A stretch of DNA of 41,083 bases from Candidatus Moraniibacteriota bacterium (lineage in GTDB: Bacteria; Patescibacteriota; Minisyncoccia; Moranbacterales; UBA9337), in NCBI GenBank assembly GCA_034003925.1, contig JAVEXR010000005.1, positions 1 through 41,083 of the forward strand. Direction: 5' to 3'. Below the pieces are notes generated by a model. It was not told the origin of the DNA, ran no database searches, and saw only the letters and a list, made by a program, of their open reading frames with translations. Made by a program: the position numbers and the translations under genes. Below, piece by piece: positions 34,015 to 41,083 of the stretch (within the stretch, counting starts at the first letter, position 1; every line of letters begins with the position of its first letter).

Positions 34015-35694
34015 ATGTTCAATTTTCCCAGTCCATATCCAAAGGAAGAAAAAGATAAGCAAGCACAGCGAATACTGGAAGTCATTCCGGGTATTTTAAC
34101 TTGGTCAACCTTGATTGGGATGCCAATTCTGTCTTTCTTGCTGCCTGTATGGGTTTCAATTTTTATTATTATGTTTGATATCTATTGGATTCATAGAACA
34201 ATTTTTATTTCAACCTATTCTGTGTCAGCTTATAAAAAGTTATCTCGAGGTAAAAATACTGATTGGTGGAGGAGATGTCAAAATATAGGGAATCCTGAAA
34301 AATATCTAGAGATTTTATCAGAAAAGATAAACAATTTAAAAAAAGTTCTCTTGGAAGATATGTCTTTTTCGCAGAAGAGAAAAATAAAAAAAGAGATAAA
34401 GCTATTAAAAATAGAGTGTAAAGATGTTGCTAAGCTAAAGGGGCAAGAAAGTGAAATATGGGATTGGAGAAAAATTGTGCATGTAGTGATGTTGCCTACG
34501 GCTGGAGAACCAGCTAGCGTGATTGAGCCTACTATAAGGGCGATAGAAAATAGTAACTTTCCAAATAAACAAATCATAATATTACTAGCTACAGAGGAGC
34601 GAGAATCGGCTGAGAAGCGGTTGGAAAAAGTGAATTATTTGAAAAATAAATTCGAGGGTGTTTTTCGTGATTTTTTGGTTACTACTCATATTGTGGCTGA
34701 GGGGGAAATGAAATGCAAAGCCTCCAATGCGACTTTTGCAGCCAGGGAGCTAAAGAAGTATCTAGAAGAGCGGGAAGTAGATTTGGAGAAAGTAATTTTT
34801 TCTAATTTTGATTGTGATAGTGTTTGTCATAAAGAATACTTCGCGGCGTTAACTTATAACTATATAATTGATCCCAAGCGCCTACAGCGCTCCTATCAGC
34901 CAATCCCGATGTATCATAATAATCTTTGGGATACAAATGCTTTTGTGCGAGTGATTGTGACCAGTTCTTCTTTCTGGCATATGTTTCAGAGCACCCGAAA
35001 GGAGATGGTTACTTTTTCATCGCATAGCGAGCCTTTTGCCACATTGGTTAATGTGGATTTTTGGCCAGTTAATATGATCAGTGAAGATTCGATAATTTAT
35101 TGGAAATGCTTTGCTTTTTACAACGGTGATTATCAGGTAACTCCTATATATCTGCCGATTTCTTTAGATGCAGTTTTGGCTAAAACTTATTGGCAAACAA
35201 TTAAAAATCAGTATTTTCAAAAGCGTCGTTGGGCTTATGGGATAGAAAACTTTCCTATCATTATGCGCGCTATTTGGAAAAACAAAGCAATAAAGCTAAG
35301 TAAAAAATTGAGAATTGCCTTTGAGATGCTTGAGGGTCATCATTCTTGGGCGACAGCCCCTTTCATCTTGGCTTTTTTGGGTTGGATGCCATTGATTTTT
35401 GGAGGAAGCGAATTTAATGAAAGTGTGCTGGCGCATAATTTGCCTTTTATTACTCGAGGATTGATGAGCTTAGCAATGCTAGGTTTGTTAATATCGATGT
35501 CTTTAAGTTTTATCTTGATGCCAGAGCGACCTGCGAAATATTCCAAGTGGAAATACCTGAATATGTTTTTTCAGTGGTTATTGATCCCAATTATTGCTCC
35601 GACATTAGGAGCGATGCCAGCTATAGAGTCTCAAACCAGAATATTAATTAAGAAATATTTTACTGAATTCTGGGTAACACCTAAGGATAAGTAA
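34015..35694 (+). CDS. Membrane-embedded processive family-2 glycosyltransferase (cellulose/chitin synthase-like)
   Basis: N- and C-terminal TM helices flank a GT-A domain: VMLPTAGEP..., a D-x-D-type FDCDS motif, and the Q-x-x-R-W motif in QKRRWAYG. Confidence 0.8.
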   Translation: MFNFPSPYPKEEKDKQAQRILEVIPGILTWSTLIGMPILSFLLPVWVSIFIIMFDIYWIHRTIFISTYSVSAYKKLSRGKNTDWWRRCQNIGNPEKYLEILSEKINNLKKVLLEDMSFSQKRKIKKEIKLLKIECKDVAKLKGQESEIWDWRKIVHVVMLPTAGEPASVIEPTIRAIENSNFPNKQIIILLATEERESAEKRLEKVNYLKNKFEGVFRDFLVTTHIVAEGEMKCKASNATFAARELKKYLEEREVDLEKVIFSNFDCDSVCHKEYFAALTYNYIIDPKRLQRSYQPIPMYHNNLWDTNAFVRVIVTSSSFWHMFQSTRKEMVTFSSHSEPFATLVNVDFWPVNMISEDSIIYWKCFAFYNGDYQVTPIYLPISLDAVLAKTYWQTIKNQYFQKRRWAYGIENFPIIMRAIWKNKAIKLSKKLRIAFEMLEGHHSWATAPFILAFLGWMPLIFGGSEFNESVLAHNLPFITRGLMSLAMLGLLISMSLSFILMPERPAKYSKWKYLNMFFQWLLIPIIAPTLGAMPAIESQTRILIKKYFTEFWVTPKDK

Positions 35695-35773
35695 TAATAA
35701 GTTACAAGTTCTTAAAGTTTCTTAAAGCTCATAAGGTGCTAAAATTAAATTATTATTTAATTTAGAAAAAAAT

Positions 35774-36358
35774 ATGGAATTAAGAGAATATCTCAAAATA
35801 TTTAAAGATAATTATCGAGCCTTTTTTATTACAGTAGGAATTGTTTTGGCGATAGGCTTGGCTTTTCATCTATTATCTAAGGAAAAATATCGAGTGGAGA
35901 TGGATTTGAATGTCACACGAACAGGATATCAAAAAGATACTACTGATTATCGTTATGATGAATTTTATCGCTTACAGGCAGATGAAAGGTTTGCTGATAC
36001 AATTGTGCGTTGGTTGGGGTCCAAGGTTGTAGGAAATGATATTGAAAAAGAAGCTCATGGAGCTGAATTTGAAAAATTAAAAGCAGAAAGATTGTCCTCA
36101 CAAATGATAAAGGTTTCATTTATAGTTGAGGATAAAAATCAGGCTCAAAAAATTACAGAAGCTATTGATGGGGTTTTGAGCAATAAGGTTTCAGAATTAA
36201 ATTTAGAGCAGAAGAATCCTCAATGGTTTAAGATTTTAGTAAGCTATCCCGTAGTTAGTGAGCAAAAAATTAATCCGATGTTGCTATTGGCAATATTCTT
36301 AAGTGGAGGAATTTTTCTCGGTTTTTGGGTAGTTTTGATTAAACATTATCTAAAATAG
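35774..36358 (+). CDS. Wzz-like polysaccharide chain-length determinant domain protein
   Basis: It has an N-terminal TM helix after LREYLKIFKDNYRAFFI, a periplasmic-type helical region and a C-terminal TM helix, which is the Wzz topology. Confidence 0.6.
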   Translation: MELREYLKIFKDNYRAFFITVGIVLAIGLAFHLLSKEKYRVEMDLNVTRTGYQKDTTDYRYDEFYRLQADERFADTIVRWLGSKVVGNDIEKEAHGAEFEKLKAERLSSQMIKVSFIVEDKNQAQKITEAIDGVLSNKVSELNLEQKNPQWFKILVSYPVVSEQKINPMLLLAIFLSGGIFLGFWVVLIKHYLK

Positions 36359-36406
36359 GATAAATGTGCTATAATTTTCTGACGTTAAAATAATCATCTC
36401 ATATAT

Positions 36407-37570
36407 ATGAAAATAGGAATAGACATCAGGTGTCTATCCGAGGGGAGGAGGACTGGGGTAGAGGAATATACTATCAATCTTTTAGATAAAATTTTTCAAG
36501 AGGACAGTAAGAATGAATATGTTCTTTTTTTAAATTCTTGGAAAAAATCTAAAATAGACTTGCGTTGGATAAAAAAATATAAAAATGTAAGAGTAGAGAT
36601 ATTTAATTTTCCCAATAAAGTTTTAAATTTATTGCTTTGGTATTTTGGCTGGCCAAAATTGGATAAGCTTCTGGGAGGGGTGGATGTTTTCTTTATGCCA
36701 AATTTAAATTTTGTAGCGCTTTCTCGAAAGAGTAAGTTGCTTTTGACAATTCATGATCTTTCTTTTGAATATTTTCCAGAGACTTTTTCGCTAAAAAGAC
36801 AATGGTGGCATATGTTTATTAACCCCAAAAGGTTGATTAAAAAGGCAGATAAAATATTAGCTATTTCTCAATCGACCAAAGAGGATTTGATTAATTTTTA
36901 TAAAGTTAGTCCTAAAAAAATAGAAGTTGTTTATAATGGTGTTTCAGAAGAGTTTAGTAAAGTAGACAGAAACAATCCAAAATTGTTGGAAGTAAAGAAT
37001 CGCTATGGTTTGCCTTTTAATTTTATTCTTTTTTTGGGAACATTTGAGCCTAGAAAAAATATTACTGGAATTGTGAGGGCTTATGAATTTTTACGTGAAG
37101 AAGGTAACAAGGAATTAGATAGATATAAATTAGTTATCGCTGGTTCAGACGGATGGAAATCAAAAGATATTAAAAAATATATTCAAAATTCTAAATATAG
37201 TAAGGATATTTGTTTGGTTAAGTATATAGAAAACGATGACAAGGTTTACGTATATAATTTAGCTTCATTATTTGTTTATCCGTCTTTTTTTGAAGGTTTT
37301 GGTATTCCTCCTTTGGAGGCTATGAAATGCAGCGTGCCAGTAGTCGCTTCTAATAATTCTTCTTTAATTGAAACAGTTGGGGAAGGTGGAATTATTGTAG
37401 ATGCAGATCGTCCTGATGAGATTGCTTTGGCTGCCAGAGATTTCCTATTGGATAAAGCATTGAGTGAAAAATTTATCGTCAGAAGATTGAAACAAGTACA
37501 GAAATTTTCTTGGACAAAATCAGCGAAAAAGTTTTTAGAGGTCATTGACGAACTTGATAAGGACAAATAA
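36407..37570 (+). CDS. Family-4 (GT-B, group 1) glycosyltransferase
   Basis: YPSFFEGFGIPPLEAMKCSVPVVASN is the E-x7-E region typical of GT4 enzymes. Confidence 0.88.
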   Translation: MKIGIDIRCLSEGRRTGVEEYTINLLDKIFQEDSKNEYVLFLNSWKKSKIDLRWIKKYKNVRVEIFNFPNKVLNLLLWYFGWPKLDKLLGGVDVFFMPNLNFVALSRKSKLLLTIHDLSFEYFPETFSLKRQWWHMFINPKRLIKKADKILAISQSTKEDLINFYKVSPKKIEVVYNGVSEEFSKVDRNNPKLLEVKNRYGLPFNFILFLGTFEPRKNITGIVRAYEFLREEGNKELDRYKLVIAGSDGWKSKDIKKYIQNSKYSKDICLVKYIENDDKVYVYNLASLFVYPSFFEGFGIPPLEAMKCSVPVVASNNSSLIETVGEGGIIVDADRPDEIALAARDFLLDKALSEKFIVRRLKQVQKFSWTKSAKKFLEVIDELDKDK

Positions 37571-37654
37571 ATATTGGTGAGTTGATATTATTTATTATGG
37601 TGAATTAGGAAAGCATGAATCTTAGAAAGATATTTTATCGTTTATTGAAAAAAT

Positions 37655-37680
37655 AAAAAACCGCCCGAAGGCGGTTTTTT
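37655..37680. terminator. Bidirectional terminator between GT4 (+) and cspA (-)
   Basis: AAAAAACCGCC-CGAA-GGCGGTTTTTT. Confidence 0.85.
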
Positions 37681-37690
37681 ATTTTGTTTA

Positions 37691-37891
37691 TTACGCTAAA
37701 GCAACATTCACAGCATTAAGACCCTTAGGACCTTCTTTTACTTCAAATGTAACTGCGTCTCCTTCTTTAAGTTCATTGAACTCTACACCTTGTAATTCAG
37801 AAGCATGAAAGAAAAGATCTTTTTCTTCACCATCTTGAGATATAAAGCCAAATCCTTTGTCAGTAAGACGAGCAATTTTTCCTTTGTTCAT
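37691..37891 (-). CDS. cspA: Cold-shock protein (CspA family)
   Basis: From the ATG at 37891: MNKGKIARLTDKGFGFISQDGEEKDLFFHASEL, carrying the RNP1 (KGFGFI) and RNP2-like (FFH) motifs. The longer ORF to 37927 adds 12 residues atypical of the family. Confidence 0.93.
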   Translation of the reverse strand: MNKGKIARLTDKGFGFISQDGEEKDLFFHASELQGVEFNELKEGDAVTFEVKEGPKGLNAVNVALA

Positions 37892-38262
37892 CGTTTTTGT
37901 AAGATAAGCTTGGTTGATTAATTTCAAATCTATTGGACTGTTTGATAAAACTCGACTTTGCTTTTCTTACAGTTCCGATCTGATTAAGGGAATATTCTCA
38001 TATTTAAAGCTTTTTGTCAATAGTTTTTTAAATTCTACTATAGAAATAAAATATTTTCCCCAATGGTTTTTAGTCTATGATTTCTTGCCAATTAAAAAAT
38101 ATCAAAAAATTTGATTTTAAAGCATCCGATTTGTGAGGTTAGCTGGTGGTTTTTTTAATGCAATAAAGTAAAAGCCTTGTCAATATTGCAGTATTTAGTG
38201 TAATTGTTATACTTAGTATGTTTTAGGAGATATCTAGGAAATTAAATCTTAATATAAAACCT

Positions 38263-38595
38263 ATGGAAGATCTAGAAAAAAATGATATTAAAGATGCTCA
38301 AATCGAAGAAATCAACGATGATAAAAAAGAAAATAAAAAAAATTATCGCACCGAGATAGTTTTGATTTTTATTATCGGCTTGCTCTTGGGGATAATGATA
38401 AAGGCAGAATCTTTAAAAAAAGTCAGCATCGGTTTCAGTGACTATAAAGTTACGGGCGGAGCTCATGGATACGATTTAAATGAAATTGAAGAAAAAATGT
38501 TAGAAGAAAGCAAAGCACAGCAAGAAGCGGCAACTAATGGTGCTGCCAATCAAGAAGCACCCGCTCAAGAGGAGGGTTCTGGTGAAAGTGAATAA
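38263..38595 (+). CDS. Small single-pass membrane protein with acidic or low-complexity ends
   Basis: 110 aa with a central TM helix (IVLIFIIGLLLGIMI). Confidence 0.5.
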   Translation: MEDLEKNDIKDAQIEEINDDKKENKKNYRTEIVLIFIIGLLLGIMIKAESLKKVSIGFSDYKVTGGAHGYDLNEIEEKMLEESKAQQEAATNGAANQEAPAQEEGSGESE

Positions 38596-38683
38596 TAAAA
38601 ATTAAATTTTTAAAAAATAATATTATAATTAAATATTACTGTATCTTGTGTCCTGGAGACATTTAGATGATGGTAAAATTCTT

Positions 38684-39814
38684 ATGAGTGAAGAAAATAA
38701 AACAGAAGAATCGATAGAGGAAGAAGTGGTTACTGTTGAGGAAGATGCTAGTAATGATACTAAAAAAATAAAAAATCTAACTTCGATAGTTATTTTATTG
38801 GGTGGTCTATTTGTGGGAAGTCTGTTTGTTGATTTTTCTCAACTAATCAAAGGTGGTGGAATTTCTCAAAAGGTTTTAAACAATAAAGATGTTTTTCAAT
38901 TAGACGGAAAAACTTGGGTAGCTTATTCTGATCCAATGATTGATGTGACAATTATTAACGATGAAACTTGTGAAGAATGCAATGTCGATGAAATTGTTCT
39001 CTCTTTAAGAAAAGTGATGCCTACGATGCTTTCAAATAAAGTAGAATATTCATCGGAGGAGGGAAAGAAATTAATTGAAGATTTCGGAATAAAATCATTG
39101 CCAGCTTTTGTTTTTGGAAAAGAAGTTGAAGAAACTGATCTTTTCGAACAAGCCAAAGCTATCTTTGTTGAGAAAAATGGTAAATATGCTATGGATTCCG
39201 CGAAAGCAGGTTTACCTATCGGAAAATACCTACAAACACCGACAATTGGAGAAAATGTGATAAAATTTGGACCAGACGATGCTAAGGTTAAGTTGGTAGA
39301 GTTCTCAGATTTTCAATGTCCTTACTGTCAGTTATTCCAAAAAACAATGAATGAAATAGTGGCAGAATATGGAGATAAGGTTCAATTCGTATTTAAGAAC
39401 TTACCTCTAGAAGCAATTCATCCTCGAGCAAAAGCAGCTGCTATGGCAGCAGAATGCGCTAATGAACAAGGAAAATTCATGGAGTACTCTGATAAGCTTT
39501 TTGCTAATCAAAAAATTTGGGGAGAAACAAAAGACAACAAAGCTTTTATTGGTTATGCTTCACAATTAAAATTAAACACTGCTCAGTTTACTCAATGTAT
39601 GACTGATGAAAAGTATAAGGATAAGATAGAGAGCGATCTACAAGAAGCTAACGATTTTGGTATCTCAGGTACACCAGCAATATTTATTAATGATAAATTT
39701 AAAAATGGAGCAGTGGATGCAGCTGAATTAAAATCCATCATTGATGAAGAATTGAATGGTGGCGAAAGCGCTGAGCCAACAGAAAGCGAAGAAACTGTAG
39801 AGGAGACTAAATAA
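38684..39814 (+). CDS. Membrane-anchored DsbA-family thiol:disulfide oxidoreductase
   Basis: An N-terminal TM anchor, then a thioredoxin fold with FSDFQCPYCQ (CPYC active site) and the C-terminal GTPAIFIN cis-Pro loop. Start chosen at the ATG 38684; a GTG at 38648 is possible. Confidence 0.85.
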   Translation: MSEENKTEESIEEEVVTVEEDASNDTKKIKNLTSIVILLGGLFVGSLFVDFSQLIKGGGISQKVLNNKDVFQLDGKTWVAYSDPMIDVTIINDETCEECNVDEIVLSLRKVMPTMLSNKVEYSSEEGKKLIEDFGIKSLPAFVFGKEVEETDLFEQAKAIFVEKNGKYAMDSAKAGLPIGKYLQTPTIGENVIKFGPDDAKVKLVEFSDFQCPYCQLFQKTMNEIVAEYGDKVQFVFKNLPLEAIHPRAKAAAMAAECANEQGKFMEYSDKLFANQKIWGETKDNKAFIGYASQLKLNTAQFTQCMTDEKYKDKIESDLQEANDFGISGTPAIFINDKFKNGAVDAAELKSIIDEELNGGESAEPTESEETVEETK

Positions 39815-39840
39815 TAAATTTAAAAGTCTTTTATTTAAAA

Positions 39841-39868
39841 AACATCCCGATTTATCGGGATGTTTTTT
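39841..39868 (+). terminator. Rho-independent terminator
   Basis: AACATCCCGA-TTTA-TCGGGATGTT followed by TTTT. Confidence 0.8.
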
Positions 39869-39990
39869 GCTTTGTCATTGCGAGATAATAATCTGTCGTG
39901 ACAATCTCTTTCAACTACATATCTTCCAATATTTTTTGAGGCTGCTACTTAATTTTTGAGTGCAAAAATTATTTGCAGAGACACATGAAA

Positions 39991-41046
39991 TTAAATCTCT
40001 ATCTTACAAACTCTCCATTTGCTAGCTAAGTCTTTTTTAAATTCTATCTTTGCCTTGGAAAATTTTTTTCCTATAAGTGGTAGGAGAAGTTTTTTTTGTT
40101 CAGGACTTATTTCCATGAGGCATGTAATATGGAGCATGGAGTGGTTATTTTTTAATTCTAATATATGATTAAGAAGTTGATTGTAATGAGCAAGACCGTA
40201 ATTATCTGAGTAAAGGGCGGATCTGGGTTCGTATTTTTTTACATTGTCAGTGCAGGCATCATATATGTTTTTGGAGAGATAGGGGAGGTTTGCCAGAATT
40301 AAAAGTGAGGATTTATTATTTATAATTTTAGATTTAAGAATGGGATCAAGAAGGTTTCCATGGAGGAAGTTTATTTTTTTATGCACATAGTGATTTTCGG
40401 CATTTTTCTTGGCAATTCTTAAAGCTTCCTTAGAAATATCTACTGCGAAAAATTTCGAATTTTGAATTTTGAATTTTGAATCAATGCTTAAATTTTTTAA
40501 AATAGAAATTATAATATTTCCGCTTCCTGTGCCTACGTCAATCACTGCGGTGTCATCCCAGAAAGTAGATTTTTCCTGCGAAGTATGAGCAGTTGAAAAA
40601 TCACTTATCCGGGATCTGTTTTCTTTCTTGAGATCCCGGATAGTCGTATTTTCATGAAATCGCTTTGCTCTTTCGGAAATGCTAACTTCCTGGATGACAT
40701 AGGCGAGAGTTGCTTTGTTGTTTGCATATTCTTTTGTTCTTATGATTTTCAGCGCCAGTTCTACCATTAATTCCGTTTCGGGGCGAGGAATGAGAGTATG
40801 GCGGTTAACTTTAAATTCTAAGCCATAAAATTCTTTTTCTCCTAAAATATAGGCCAGAGGCTCATTATTAAGACGTCTGGCAATCATTTTATTGATGGTT
40901 GTTTGCTGCTTGTCGTTTACTATATGGTCCGGATGAATCAAGATAAATTCCCGTTTTTTTTTGATAACACGGCAAATCAAAAGATCAAGATCTAGGGAAT
41001 CTATTTTATGGGAGTATTTAATTTTAAGTTCATGAATAGAAATCAT
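39991..41046 (-). CDS. prmC: Peptide chain release factor N5-glutamine methyltransferase with two lineage-specific insertions
   Basis: LAYILGEKEFYGLEFKVNRHTLIPRPETE, the SAM motif VIDVGTGSGNI, and the catalytic-loop variant ANLPY (compare NPPY). It is about 70 aa longer than typical PrmC. Confidence 0.88.
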   Translation of the reverse strand: MISIHELKIKYSHKIDSLDLDLLICRVIKKKREFILIHPDHIVNDKQQTTINKMIARRLNNEPLAYILGEKEFYGLEFKVNRHTLIPRPETELMVELALKIIRTKEYANNKATLAYVIQEVSISERAKRFHENTTIRDLKKENRSRISDFSTAHTSQEKSTFWDDTAVIDVGTGSGNIIISILKNLSIDSKFKIQNSKFFAVDISKEALRIAKKNAENHYVHKKINFLHGNLLDPILKSKIINNKSSLLILANLPYLSKNIYDACTDNVKKYEPRSALYSDNYGLAHYNQLLNHILELKNNHSMLHITCLMEISPEQKKLLLPLIGKKFSKAKIEFKKDLASKWRVCKIEI

Positions 41047-41083
41047 TTTATTTTTTACTGGAGAAAAAATTAGTATTAAGTGA

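Noticed and set aside
39869-39905. A GTCATTGCGAG... string reminiscent of a widespread short repeat seen in many bacterial genomes.
   Set aside because: There is only a 6-bp inverted repeat (TTGTCA/TGACAA) and a single copy in the window. I cannot support it as an element.

Overview
This is a low-GC, gene-dense window, and almost all genes are on the + strand. Gene content suggests a small-genome monoderm bacterium of the CPR/Patescibacteria type; that placement is inference. TGA is used as a stop codon, so the standard code 11 applies.

Contents in order:
- Type IV pilus locus part 1: pilC 3' end, two tandem major pilins, prepilin peptidase, four pilin-like genes. A four-helix-bundle (IVS-protein) gene flanked by perfect 29-bp inverted repeats interrupts it.
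- Housekeeping genes: ligA, gatCA, trxB, malic enzyme, ppa, ispH.
- A Cys-rich acidic membrane protein and a divergent PurD-like ATP-grasp protein.
- A three-gene block that looks foreign: a beta-barrel OMP-like gene on the - strand, a membrane protein and a GNAT-like protein.
- A histidine kinase, aspS and an orphan receiver.
- Pilus locus part 2: three large or atypical pilin-like proteins, pilM, pilN, a pilO-like gene and a small membrane protein, with no secretin.
- A minus-strand tRNA locus (Lys, His, Arg).
- A BNR-repeat lipoprotein, frr and an exopolysaccharide-type module (processive GT2, Wzz-like, GT4).
- cspA, a DsbA-like oxidoreductase and prmC.

Most interesting observations:
1. 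A tandem array derived from tRNA-Lys. One unit is a canonical tRNA. Three near-identical 80-nt derivatives cannot form a cloverleaf, yet each keeps its own trailer and terminator.
2. An inverted-repeat cassette carrying the four-helix-bundle gene, a gene-less relative of it 5 kb away, and related motif fragments inside ligA.
3. The OMP-like block is the only non-pilin region with both consensus sigma70 promoters and Shine-Dalgarno sites. Nearly all other genes lack SD sequences.

All calls come from reading the sequence and ORF translations by eye. No database search was run.
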